Shown: positions 52,807-62,351, counted from the first letter of the stretch. The stretch is DNA of 64,000 nt from an uncultured cyanobacterium (GCA_963703315.1 OY969811.1:1664001-1728000), one strand, 5' to 3'. Numbers and translations: made by a program. The notes: a model not told the origin generated them from the sequence alone.

Positions 52807-53004
52807 TTGGTAACGCGGCTTTGGCTCACCAAACAACAAATCGGTTCTTTTATTATTGGTAGCGCGGCTTTGGCTCACCAAACAATAAATCGGTTCTTTT
52901 ATTAATTGGTAGCGCGGCTTTGGCACACCAAACAACAAATCGGTTCTTTTTAATTTATTTGGTAACGCGGCTTCGCCGCGCCACCAAATAAATCGGTTCT
53001 TTTA
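52807..53004. repeat. Tandem array of 4 units of about 50 bp derived from the palindromic repeat
   Basis: TTGGTARCGCGGCTT...CACCAAA...AAATCGGTTCTTTT units starting at 52807, 52856, 52906 and 52959. Confidence 0.88.
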
Positions 53005-53754
53005 TTGAGGTTTGATATTGAGTTGATCGACTGAAGATATTTTATGGGTTTGGTGAATAGCACCATTTGACAGGAATTTTGTTAAAGCCTCAGGGTGATA
53101 ATCCCAGTTTAGTAAACCTGCGAGTCCCATAAACAAACCAAAGGCAGCAGGAACCATTGCCGCACCATAGAGCCAACCTTTTTGAGTGAGAGATGTCATT
53201 GCCAGTAGCGCGATCGCCAGAGCAAAGGCTGCCTCTGATAAGTCAAACTGATCGTCATGGACATTCAGTTGCTCGTAGAGTTTTTCAGCATCCTGTGCTT
53301 GTTGCTGCAATTTCTCCTTTTCTGCATCTTGCTTAGTAGCGATCGCCTCATATTTCACAATTTCTGTGTTGTAGTCAGCCCGCAGTTTTGCGGATTGCGC
53401 CTGTGCAGGAATTGCTAAAGCTTGTAGCTTTAACTGGGCAATGGTGGATTTAGCGATTTCAGCCCGCACATTTCGTGCTTGGTAAAAAGCCCATGTATCA
53501 ATGCGATCGGCTTGGGCTTTTTGCATAGCTTGGACAACATTGCCACTTTTGACTTGGCACAACCCCATAAAAGTAACAAATAAAACTACAGTGATAGCCA
53601 CGTAATTATTGAGTTGGTTCTTTTTTTCTTTTTTTTCTTTGTGGGGATCATTTGTCACACCATCTGCCTGTGGAGACTCTTTATGATCGCTTGATTCTTC
53701 ATGATCATCTTCGTTATTATCTTCAATAACGTCAGAGATATCAGATATTGCCAT
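53002..53754 (-). CDS. DUF4337-family membrane protein
   Basis: TM, DTWAFYQA, coiled coil, HDDQFDLSEA, two TMs. Confidence 0.7.
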   Translation of the reverse strand: MAISDISDVIEDNNEDDHEESSDHKESPQADGVTNDPHKEKKEKKNQLNNYVAITVVLFVTFMGLCQVKSGNVVQAMQKAQADRIDTWAFYQARNVRAEIAKSTIAQLKLQALAIPAQAQSAKLRADYNTEIVKYEAIATKQDAEKEKLQQQAQDAEKLYEQLNVHDDQFDLSEAAFALAIALLAMTSLTQKGWLYGAAMVPAAFGLFMGLAGLLNWDYHPEALTKFLSNGAIHQTHKISSVDQLNIKPQ

Positions 53755-53884
53755 AACTTTTAGCTGGGTTTAACTTAAAAAATTTTTAAATCGATAATTA
53801 CCTTTGTATGATAGCAGTGGTTGTTAACCCGTCCGCCTGTGTGCATACAGGCAATCTGATTCCTAAGTTATTCTCCAGTTCTGA

Positions 53885-53967
53885 TATAGCTGTAACCCAA
53901 AAGAGAGTGGCGGCGCAAAGCGCCGCCACTCTCTTTTGGGTTTTATGTCTTAACTTGCTTGGCTATA
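53885..53967. mobile_element. TATAGC...GCTATA MITE-like element overlapping the 3' end of the DUF2459 gene
   Basis: Shares AACCCAAAAGAGAGTGGCGGCGC...TTAACTTGCTTGGCTATAG with 42250-42358. Confidence 0.7.
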
Positions 53968-54662
53968 GCTCTATTTCCGCTCACATTTGTCTGTAGTATT
54001 GGTGGATTTTGCAAGGATTTGATTTGTTCACCCAGATTCTTAGCTAAAATGGCGCGATTAGGACAAACAGATATACCAGCATTGCGTAAAGCCTCAGCCG
54101 CCCATGTATTGCAGTTAAATGCCGAAAAATATCTGGGAACTGCCCTATAGAAATTGCTCACTCCATATTGACCTTTGCTGATCGCCGCTAAGCGATCGCC
54201 TTGTTTATCTACAGCAAAAGTTTTCTTCACATAGGCAAATAGATTCTGAAAACCTGCTTCCGATAGCTTAATCGGCAGTACGGGAAATTTAAAAAATTGA
54301 GCAGGAGGTTCGGCAAAACTGGCTACGTGCATCACACTATCCGATGGAATAAATACTGCTCGTAGCATCGAAGGAATAGATTTGTCCCCTGCAAAATAAA
54401 ACTGGCGATCGCCCCAACCTACTTCCACATAGGGTGCATCTTGCCAATCTTCTGCACCAAAATTTTCCTTGTCTTGCTGCGCCCATGCTAAACCCGAATG
54501 CCAATCATGCTGCACAAAATAAATTGTGCGAGTTGTTGCATTGTTCGCAGGTGGATATAAGCCCGCATTTGGGTGAGGACAATAGAGAAAATAGCTAGCG
54601 ATCGCTACAGCAATCCCTAGTAATATCCCTAGAAATATCGTGATTTTGTGTTTGCGTGTCAC
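53943..54662 (-). CDS. DUF2459-family protein
   Basis: WHSGL, EVGWGDRQFY, SVMHV, FYRA...Y...NCNTWAAEALR. Confidence 0.75.
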   Translation of the reverse strand: MTRKHKITIFLGILLGIAVAIASYFLYCPHPNAGLYPPANNATTRTIYFVQHDWHSGLAWAQQDKENFGAEDWQDAPYVEVGWGDRQFYFAGDKSIPSMLRAVFIPSDSVMHVASFAEPPAQFFKFPVLPIKLSEAGFQNLFAYVKKTFAVDKQGDRLAAISKGQYGVSNFYRAVPRYFSAFNCNTWAAEALRNAGISVCPNRAILAKNLGEQIKSLQNPPILQTNVSGNRAIAKQVKT

Positions 54663-54718
54663 AAGTGATTTTCAATAGTAGAGATGTAGTATAGATAAGG
54701 ACTCTACGCGATCGCCGC

Positions 54719-55930
54719 ATGAATCGTAACTTTTGGATTATTGCTCTCATTTCTTTTATTAATTCTCTGAGTTTTACGATTCTCATCCCTGTTATATATC
54801 TCTACGGTAGACAGTTTCATTTAGATGATTTTCAGACCAGTTTACTATTTGCAATTTATGCCATTTCGCAATTTTTTGCCACCCCAATCATCGGCAAGTT
54901 GTCAGATCGGTTTGGACGCAAACCACTTTTAATTATCAGTTTAGCGGGGACAGTCGTAGCAAATATCATGGCAGGAACTGCCGCTACTGCTGCCATATTA
55001 TTCTTGGCGAGATTTCTGGATGGCATTACGGGTGGTAATGCCTCCGTCGCCCAAGCCGTAATTTCCGATGTCACCACTCCCGAAAACCGTGCCAAAGCTT
55101 TTGGTATTAATGGAGCCGCCTTTGGACTAGGTTTTATTTTGGGACCTGCCATTAGCTTGCTGGCTCAGGAAGTAGCCCCTAAGACAGCTTTAGGTGAACC
55201 ATCCTTTGGCGCTTCTTTTGTTGTATCGGGGACAATTGCGGCGATCGCCTTAATCCTGACGATTTTTTACTTGCCCGAAACCCTCAAAACCAAAGCTCCA
55301 AAATCACAAAATATCTTTGATCTAGGTTTAGATAACCTGATCAAAGGCTTGTTCCTACCCAAGATTGGGATTTTATTACTGGTCAACCTGCTTACAGGTA
55401 CAACCTTCAATCTCTTTACTTTTGGGTTCCAACCTTATTTCTTGAAAGTTCTCCATCAAAACAGTAGTGGGCTTACCTTGATGTTTTTACTATTTGGGGT
55501 ACTAGCGGTGATTATGCAGACGGTGGGTATCGCCCAAATGTCAAAACGCCTTAATCTCGTCAATATTCTCTTCTTAGGGCTATTTGTGCGTAGCCTTTCC
55601 TTTGTGATGATGCCGATTTGGAAAGATGTCTATTATTTCATTGCTGTTTGCGTCCTGTTCTCTCTACTCAACTCGTTGGTACAGCCAATGATCAGTGCGC
55701 TACTGTCTCTGAATACCAGTCCTGAAGAGCAAGGTACAGTCTTAGGAATTAACTCTTCTTATTTGAGCATATCTGGGGCTTTAGGTCCTTTAATTGGAGG
55801 CTTAATTGTTAATCAAGCTTATCCAGAATCCTATGGCTATCCCCTCTATTTAGCGGGTGCTTGTACTTTCCTCGTCCTGATTTTTGCGTATGTCAAACGT
55901 CAAAGTTATGCCATCAAAACAGTGAGGTGA
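54719..55930 (+). CDS. MFS transporter (TetA/DHA1-like)
   Basis: GKLSDRFGRKP, ARFLDGITGG, GLGFILGPAI; 12 TM pattern. Confidence 0.92.
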   Translation: MNRNFWIIALISFINSLSFTILIPVIYLYGRQFHLDDFQTSLLFAIYAISQFFATPIIGKLSDRFGRKPLLIISLAGTVVANIMAGTAATAAILFLARFLDGITGGNASVAQAVISDVTTPENRAKAFGINGAAFGLGFILGPAISLLAQEVAPKTALGEPSFGASFVVSGTIAAIALILTIFYLPETLKTKAPKSQNIFDLGLDNLIKGLFLPKIGILLLVNLLTGTTFNLFTFGFQPYFLKVLHQNSSGLTLMFLLFGVLAVIMQTVGIAQMSKRLNLVNILFLGLFVRSLSFVMMPIWKDVYYFIAVCVLFSLLNSLVQPMISALLSLNTSPEEQGTVLGINSSYLSISGALGPLIGGLIVNQAYPESYGYPLYLAGACTFLVLIFAYVKRQSYAIKTVR

Positions 55931-55960
55931 ACCCTACTTAAAAAGTTCGGTTCTCCTTCT
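55922..55960 (+). promoter_or_regulatory. Paired K-box-like elements upstream of hsp20
   Basis: GTGAGG-TGAA-CCCTAC, 7 nt, GTTCGG-TTCT-CC; each only partly matches GTTCGG-NNAN-CCNNAC. Confidence 0.4.
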
Positions 55961-56046
55961 ACTCATAGTTTTGCACCTATTTCATAATAGACCTGTGAAC
56001 CAAAAGGGAAGTACAAAATATCAATTAAGTTCTGAATCTACTTCTT

Positions 56047-56149
56047 ATACCAATTCACTGAAATGAGCCAACATTTTAGTGAATTAAAGAACAAACCCAA
56101 TAAGGGTTTGAGATTCAAAAAATGGCGTTGCCATTTTTTGAATTGGTAT
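56047..56149. mobile_element. MITE with ATACCAATTCA...TGAATTGGTAT terminal IRs
   Basis: 11-bp perfect TIR; internal AAACCC..AAGGGTTT and AAAATGGC-NNN-GCCATTTT hairpins also seen at about 51963-52018. Confidence 0.7.
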
Positions 56150-56190
56150 TAAAGTTCACCGTTGTTTAGAAATAGTTCAAGGTGATATTT

Positions 56191-56643
56191 ATGTTAGTAC
56201 GTTTCCAACCTTTGCAAGAAATTGAAGAAGTCCGTCGTCAGTTCGATCGCTTATTCCGTGATTTTGCAAATATTGAGCAAGAATCACCAAAAGGCGGATG
56301 GGTTCCCGCTAGCGAACTACGTGACGATGGCGATCATTTGACTCTCAAACTATCGCTTCCTGCTATCGATGCTAAAGATCTTGATATTCAAGTAACCAAG
56401 GATTCTCTAACTATCGCTGGTGAACGTCACCTCGAACGTCAGGAAGAATCTTCTGAAAAAGGCTACTACTGGAGCGAGATCAGCTATGGCAAGTTCCGCC
56501 GTGTGTTTGCCTTACCTGTAGCGATCGAAAATGAACAGGTGAAAGCAGACTATAGCAATGGTATCCTCACCCTGACTCTACCCAAAGCTAATGAAGTCAA
56601 AGCTTTTAAAGTCAATGTCACCAATGAGTTACCTTCCTCCTAA
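56191..56643 (+). CDS. hspA: Small heat-shock protein Hsp20
   Basis: WVPASEL, SEISYGKFRR, ADYSNGILTLTLPK. Confidence 0.92.
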   Translation: MLVRFQPLQEIEEVRRQFDRLFRDFANIEQESPKGGWVPASELRDDGDHLTLKLSLPAIDAKDLDIQVTKDSLTIAGERHLERQEESSEKGYYWSEISYGKFRRVFALPVAIENEQVKADYSNGILTLTLPKANEVKAFKVNVTNELPSS

Positions 56644-56650
56644 TTAAGCC

Positions 56651-56775
56651 TAAGTCCTATAGCAATGCAAGTTTTGCTTAGGACATAAAACCCAAAAGAG
56701 AATGGCGGCGCGAAGCGCCGCCATTCTCTTTTGGGTTTTGATATATAGTCGTGCGAAGCACGACTATAGGACTTA
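56651..56775. mobile_element. Nested repeat: TATAGC-family element inside a GCGAAGC hairpin
   Basis: TAAGTCCTATAG...CTATAGGACTTA outer arms; TATAG present at both insert junctions. Confidence 0.6.
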
Positions 56776-56817
56776 TTTTGTTTTAAGATTGGTAATCATA
56801 GAATCTTGGAGGTATTG

Positions 56818-58101
56818 GTGTCAGAGTCTTTATTTGAGCAGGCAAGCGAGCGGCTTGCTGATGCGATCGCCCATGTGCATATTTCTGAAGATGCGATTGA
56901 ACGATTAAAATCACCAAAAGCAAGTTTACAAGTTTCGATTCCTGTCCGCATGGACAATGGCAGCCTCAAAGTATTTCAAGGCTATCGAGTTCGATACAAC
57001 GATCTACGGGGACCAACTAAAGGGGGGATTCGCTTTCATCCCAATGTGAATATGGATGAAGTTCAATCCTTAGCATTTTGGATGACATTTAAATGTGCGG
57101 CGGTGAATTTACCATTTGGGGGCGCGAAGGGAGGAGTAGCAGTTGATCCGAAGCAATTATCTAAGTTTGAGCTAGAGCGTCTCAGTCGTGGTTATATCGA
57201 TGCGATCGCCGATTTTATCGGAGCCGATGTCGATATTCCTGCACCCGATGTGCAGACTAACCAGACAATTATGGGTTGGATGGTCGATCAATACAGCAAC
57301 ATTCAGCGTCGGCTTTGTCCTGCGGCAATTACTGGCAAACCTTTGGCGATGGGCGGTAGCATTGGACGCGAAACAGCGACAGGCTTGGGGGCTTTCTTTG
57401 CGATCGAGACATTGCTACCCCTATTAAAAATGCAGCGTGAACAAACCACCGTTGCAGTGCAAGGTTTTGGCAATGTGGGCGCAGCGATCGCCGATCTTTT
57501 GAGTAAAGAAGGTTACAAGGTGGTAGCGGTTAGCGATTCTAAAGGGGGAATTTACGCTCCACAAGGGCTAGATGTACCAAGCATTATCAGTCACAAACAA
57601 TCAACCCGTAGTTTTCAAGCCGTGTACTGTCAGGATTCGGTATGTAGCATTGTCGAACATACAAAAATCACGAATGAGGAACTGCTCAAACTTGATGTCG
57701 ATATCTTGATTCCTGCGGCGCTCGAAAATCAGATTACTGAGCATAATGCCTATGACATCCGTGCTAAGTACATTTTTGAGATTGCCAATGGTCCAGTGAC
57801 TCCCGCCGCAGACAAAATCTTAGAGAAACGTGGGATTACGGTTTTCCCTGATATTCTCGTTAATGCAGGCGGTGTGACTGTCAGCTACTTTGAATGGGTG
57901 CAGAACCGTAGCGGCTTATATTGGACTTTGGAAGAGGTGAATGATCGCCTAAAGCAGAGCATGGTTACCGAAACCCTGAGGATTTGGGAAATCTCTCAAC
58001 AAAAGCAAATTTCAATGCGGACGGCGGCTTATGTTCATGCCTTAACAAGACTGAGTGAAGCGATCGACGCTAAGGGAACAAGAGATTATTATATCCAGTA
58101 A
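56818..58101 (+). CDS. gdhA: Glu/Leu/Phe/Val dehydrogenase (glutamate dehydrogenase)
   Basis: GPTKGGIRFHP, LPFGGAKGG, DIPAPD, QGFGNVG, NAGGVTVSYFEW; start uncertain (56806 or 56818). Confidence 0.92.
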   Translation: MSESLFEQASERLADAIAHVHISEDAIERLKSPKASLQVSIPVRMDNGSLKVFQGYRVRYNDLRGPTKGGIRFHPNVNMDEVQSLAFWMTFKCAAVNLPFGGAKGGVAVDPKQLSKFELERLSRGYIDAIADFIGADVDIPAPDVQTNQTIMGWMVDQYSNIQRRLCPAAITGKPLAMGGSIGRETATGLGAFFAIETLLPLLKMQREQTTVAVQGFGNVGAAIADLLSKEGYKVVAVSDSKGGIYAPQGLDVPSIISHKQSTRSFQAVYCQDSVCSIVEHTKITNEELLKLDVDILIPAALENQITEHNAYDIRAKYIFEIANGPVTPAADKILEKRGITVFPDILVNAGGVTVSYFEWVQNRSGLYWTLEEVNDRLKQSMVTETLRIWEISQQKQISMRTAAYVHALTRLSEAIDAKGTRDYYIQ

Positions 58102-58201
58102 TATGCATGAGAGTACAATCCTACGGATTGTACTCTCATCACGCAAAGCGTTATATTGGAATCAAAAGTGATGTATAAAAAATGCGATCGCCGATAAGTA
58201 C

Positions 58202-58987
58202 ATGAGCAGAATTAAGCAACAAAATCGTCTCCAAGCCCAAGTGATCAAAGCCAGCCAAACTGATAGCCAAACTGATTGTCAGCCCTGTGTTGTGGCGGCT
58301 TTTTATCATTTTACGGACTTGCCCGATTATCAGTCCCTACAGGCTCCACTCAAAGAATTTTGTGATGCTCATCAACTGAAGGGGACAATTCTGTTAGCTA
58401 AAGAAGGAATTAACTCGACGATCGCAGGTAGTCGTGAGGCGATCGATGCTTTGTTAGACTACTTACGGAATGATCCAAGGCTTCAGAACTTAGAACATAA
58501 AGAATCCTATTGTGAAGGAATTCCCTTCCAACGCATGAAAGTACGTCTTAAAAAAGAGATTGTGACCTTGGGAGTCCCCGATATTGATCCTAGACATCGG
58601 GTTGGCACTTATGTTGCGCCTCAAGACTGGAACGCCTTAATTGCTGATCCTGATGTCATCGTTATCGATACGCGCAATACCTATGAAGTGGAATTTGGGA
58701 CGTTTAAAGGTGCAGTTAACCCGAATATTGAGACTTTTGGTGAGTTTCCCAATTATGTCAAAGAACAACTAAATCCAGAGAAACATCAAAAAGTGGCAAT
58801 GTTCTGCACGGGCGGCATTCGTTGCGAAAAAGCTAGTGCTTATATGTTGTCGCAAGGTTTTAGTGAGGTATATCACCTGAAGGGAGGTATTCTCAAATAT
58901 ATCGAGGAAGTTCCGCCCGAAGAGAGTATTTGGGAAGGTAAATGCTTTGTCTTTGACGATCGCGTCAGTGTTGACAAGATTCGCTAA
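58202..58987 (+). CDS. trhO: Rhodanese-domain tRNA U34 hydroxylase (TrhO/UPF0176)
   Basis: [44 protein letters not shown]. Confidence 0.88.
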   Translation: MSRIKQQNRLQAQVIKASQTDSQTDCQPCVVAAFYHFTDLPDYQSLQAPLKEFCDAHQLKGTILLAKEGINSTIAGSREAIDALLDYLRNDPRLQNLEHKESYCEGIPFQRMKVRLKKEIVTLGVPDIDPRHRVGTYVAPQDWNALIADPDVIVIDTRNTYEVEFGTFKGAVNPNIETFGEFPNYVKEQLNPEKHQKVAMFCTGGIRCEKASAYMLSQGFSEVYHLKGGILKYIEEVPPEESIWEGKCFVFDDRVSVDKIR

Positions 58988-59050
58988 TCAGGCTCAAGTT
59001 CCTGTATCCTTGATTATTAACTTTTTAATCAACTATATCAAGCGATCGCA

Positions 59051-60442
59051 ATGCCTCAAGCGTATGTACTAGGACTGGGACAGTCAGGAATTTCTGCCGC
59101 AAAATTGTTGAAAGCAGATGGTTGGCAGGTGACAATTAGTGATAGCAATACCAGTCCTAGCCTCGAACAACGTCAACAGGAGTTAGCAGCAGCAGGGATT
59201 GCGGTCGAGTTAGGCGGGTTTCCAGACTTTGCCAAGTTAATCGAAGCGGGGCAAGCCGTAGACTTAGTAGCAGTTAGCCCCGGAGTACCTTGGGATCGGC
59301 AGGAAGTCGAACAGGCGAGATCGCTTGGTTTAGATACCGTTGGCGAAATCGAATTAGCATGGCGCTATCTCAAGCATATTCCTTGGGTGGGTATCACAGG
59401 AACCAACGGCAAAACGACAGTCACATCACTGACGGCAGCGATTTTTCAGGCAGCAGGACTCAAAGCGATCGCCTGTGGCAATATTGGCTTTCCCGCTTGT
59501 GAAATTGCCTTACAGGTATTGCAGCAACAAATTCAGCCTGACTGGATCATTGCCGAACTGAGTAGCTATCAAATTGAATCAACCAAAACCGTAAAGCCGC
59601 AAATCGGTATCTGGACAACCTTTACACCAGATCATCTCAATCGTCACTATACCCTTGAGGCATACCGCAATATCAAGGCAAGTTTGATTGATCGCTCCGA
59701 CCATATTATTCTCAATGGCAATGATCCGTATTTAGTCAACTTTGGTGCAGCGATGTGGCCCAAGGCTATTTGGACGGGGCTAGATGAAAACATTGTCGAG
59801 GCGATCGCCGATGGTGCATATATTGATCATGGTTGGGTCAAGTTTCAGAGTGAGCCTGTTTTCCCGATTTCCCATTGGCATCTTTTAGGCAGTCATAATC
59901 GCCAAAATTTATTGATGGCTGTGGCAGCAGCAAAACTAGCAGGAATTAGCTCAGAACATATTGATCACGCAATTTCTGAATTTCAAGGTGTCCCCCATCG
60001 CCTTGAGCATATTTGCTTCTATGAAGGCATTCCCTTTATTAATGACAGCAAAGCCACCAACTATGACGCGGCGGAAGTCGGTTTACGAGCGGTCAAACCA
60101 CCCGTAGTTTTAATCGCAGGAGGGCAACCCAAACAAGGCGATGCTAAGGCATGGCTAGAGCAAATTCATCAAAGGGCGATCGCCGTATTATTAATTGGTG
60201 AAGCTGCACCATTATTTGCGGAAATGCTTAAAGATGTCGGGTTTAAAGACTATGAAATCGTGGAAACCCTCGAACGCGCCGTCAAACAAGCTGCCCAGAT
60301 TGCCCATAGCCGCGCCCATAATCACCCTAGCCAACCCCTGCCAACTGTGCTATTCTCGCCTGCGTGTGCCAGCTTCGACCAGTTTGCTAATTTTGAGCAA
60401 CGCGGCGATCGCTTCCGCCAACTTTGTCAAGAACTTTCATGA
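59051..60442 (+). CDS. murD: UDP-N-acetylmuramoyl-L-alanine--D-glutamate ligase
   Basis: GLGQSG, ITGTNGKTT, ELSSYQ, NDSKATN, SPACASFDQF. Confidence 0.96.
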   Translation: MPQAYVLGLGQSGISAAKLLKADGWQVTISDSNTSPSLEQRQQELAAAGIAVELGGFPDFAKLIEAGQAVDLVAVSPGVPWDRQEVEQARSLGLDTVGEIELAWRYLKHIPWVGITGTNGKTTVTSLTAAIFQAAGLKAIACGNIGFPACEIALQVLQQQIQPDWIIAELSSYQIESTKTVKPQIGIWTTFTPDHLNRHYTLEAYRNIKASLIDRSDHIILNGNDPYLVNFGAAMWPKAIWTGLDENIVEAIADGAYIDHGWVKFQSEPVFPISHWHLLGSHNRQNLLMAVAAAKLAGISSEHIDHAISEFQGVPHRLEHICFYEGIPFINDSKATNYDAAEVGLRAVKPPVVLIAGGQPKQGDAKAWLEQIHQRAIAVLLIGEAAPLFAEMLKDVGFKDYEIVETLERAVKQAAQIAHSRAHNHPSQPLPTVLFSPACASFDQFANFEQRGDRFRQLCQELS

Positions 60443-62304
60443 ACCCATCCTTTCTGCCTAGAGATCTTGCAACCATTAATCTATTCAAACGCCGCACCGT
60501 TTTGATTTGGATCATTTTGGCAATGGCAATGATTGGATTAGTCGTGCGCTTAGTGTATTTACAGGTAATCACCTCACCAGACTTGTTAGAGAAGGCGCGA
60601 CGACAGCAAATGTTTACGCTGCGTCCATTTATTCCTCGCCGCACGATTACCGATCGCAAAGGTACAGTTTTAGCTCTAGATCGTCCTGTCTATACCTTAT
60701 TTGCCTATCCCCATCTCTATAAAAAAACACCTGAAGAAATCGCCGAGAAACTATCGCCGATCCTCAGACGACCTGTCGATAAACTGCTGACCATTCTCAC
60801 CCGTGATACCACCTCCATCCAAGTCGAGTATTGGCTATCGGAAGAAAATGCCGATCGCGTTTATAGTTTGGGTCTAGATGGGTTAGATCTGATCCAGCAA
60901 CGGCGGCGGCTATATCCACAGCAAGACCTTGCGGCTGAGTTGCTCGGTTATGTGAATGTCGATCATCGTGGTCAAGCGGGTATCGAGCTTAGCCAAGAGA
61001 AGTTACTAGAACGCACCGATCAAGCGCCCACAGTGACTCAAGATGGTTCTGGGAAGTTAATTCCTACGCGCATTCCTGCGGGGATGATCCGTAGCGATCG
61101 CACTAGTATGCAAATGACGATTGATTCACGGATTCAGCGCACGGCTAGACAAATTCTCAAGCAGCAAATGGTCAAATTTGGCGCAAAGCGTGGCTCAGTA
61201 ATCGTCATGGATGTAAGGGATGGAGGATTGCTAAGCTTAGTCACTGAGCCAACCTACGATCCCAATCGTTATTACGAAACCGATGTCAAACTTTTTAAAA
61301 ATTGGGCAGTTTCCGATCTCTATGAACCCGGCTCTACCTTTAAACCCCTAAATGTGGCGATCGCTCTCGAAGCAGGGGCGATTCAACCTGACACTGTATT
61401 TAATGATGAAGGAGCTTTAACTATCGGTGGTTGGCCAGTGGCTAACTTTGACTACGAACAAGTAGGTGCAGTCGGTTCCCTTAGCATTAGTCAAATCCTT
61501 GAGCGATCGAGCAACGTCGGTATGGTGCATATTGTCCAACGCATGAAGCCATCAGTCTATTATGGTTGGCTCGAACGCCTTGGACTAGGAGACATTTCGG
61601 GAATTGATCTACCGTCGGAAACCCCTAGCGCTCTCAAACCCCAAGAGCAATTTATCGAATATGTGATCGAACCTGCAACCGCCTCGTTTGGTCAAGGCTT
61701 TTCGCTGACACCGATTCAGATGGTGCAACTGCATGGCATTCTTGCCAGTGGCGGCAAATTGCTCACTCCCCACGTTGTTAAAGGTTTAATCAATGAAGAA
61801 GGCGAGGAATACTATCAGCCCAAGTTACCCACACCTCGACAATTAATCTCCCCTGCTACTGCCCAGAGGGTCGTGGAGATGATGACAAATGTGGTCGAAA
61901 AAGGAACGGGTTTACCTGCACGTATTCCTGGTTATCGGCTGGGAGGTAAAACAGGTACTGCTCAAAAAGCATCAGCAACTGGTGGTTATTCCAATGCCAA
62001 AATCACTAGTTTTGTGGGCATTTTCCCCTCTAAAGAGCCACGCTATGTGATTCTAGCCGTGATTGATGAGCCTGTTGGCGCGGATGCTTTTGGTTCGACA
62101 GTAGCAGCTCCGATTGTGAAGACGGTGATCGAAGAACTAATTGTCACTGAAGGGATTCCCCCTAGTCATCCTGAAGAAGTGATTTCTAAAATACCTGAAC
62201 TTCCTGATCCTAAAGCAACTCCAGAGCCGCAAGCAACACCCACTCCATCACCCGAAGCAACGCCATCTCCATCACCTTCTCCTAGCCCGAAACCAACGCC
62301 ATAA
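60439..62304 (+). CDS. ftsI: Class B penicillin-binding protein (FtsI/PBP3-like) with Pro/Ser/Thr tail
   Basis: EPGSTFKP (SxxK), SSNVG, KTGTAQK; ATGA overlap with murD. Confidence 0.88.
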   Translation: MNPSFLPRDLATINLFKRRTVLIWIILAMAMIGLVVRLVYLQVITSPDLLEKARRQQMFTLRPFIPRRTITDRKGTVLALDRPVYTLFAYPHLYKKTPEEIAEKLSPILRRPVDKLLTILTRDTTSIQVEYWLSEENADRVYSLGLDGLDLIQQRRRLYPQQDLAAELLGYVNVDHRGQAGIELSQEKLLERTDQAPTVTQDGSGKLIPTRIPAGMIRSDRTSMQMTIDSRIQRTARQILKQQMVKFGAKRGSVIVMDVRDGGLLSLVTEPTYDPNRYYETDVKLFKNWAVSDLYEPGSTFKPLNVAIALEAGAIQPDTVFNDEGALTIGGWPVANFDYEQVGAVGSLSISQILERSSNVGMVHIVQRMKPSVYYGWLERLGLGDISGIDLPSETPSALKPQEQFIEYVIEPATASFGQGFSLTPIQMVQLHGILASGGKLLTPHVVKGLINEEGEEYYQPKLPTPRQLISPATAQRVVEMMTNVVEKGTGLPARIPGYRLGGKTGTAQKASATGGYSNAKITSFVGIFPSKEPRYVILAVIDEPVGADAFGSTVAAPIVKTVIEELIVTEGIPPSHPEEVISKIPELPDPKATPEPQATPTPSPEATPSPSPSPSPKPTP

Positions 62305-62344
62305 AAAAAAGAGTTGCAGCGCTCAGCGCTGCAACTCTTTTTTT
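62304..62344. terminator. Palindrome after ftsI
   Basis: AAAAAAAGAGTTGCAGCGC-TCA-GCGCTGCAACTCTTTTTTT. Confidence 0.75.
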
Positions 62345-62351
62345 ATGCCAA

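Noticed and set aside
52807..53004. CRISPR array
   Set aside because: Units are contiguous and near-identical with only short AT linkers; no unique spacers and no cas genes
53817..53870. GC-richer hairpin (GCCTGTGTGCATACAGGC) upstream of the DUF4337 gene as a riboswitch
   Set aside because: I could not match it to any family by eye; an Infernal/Rfam scan would be decisive
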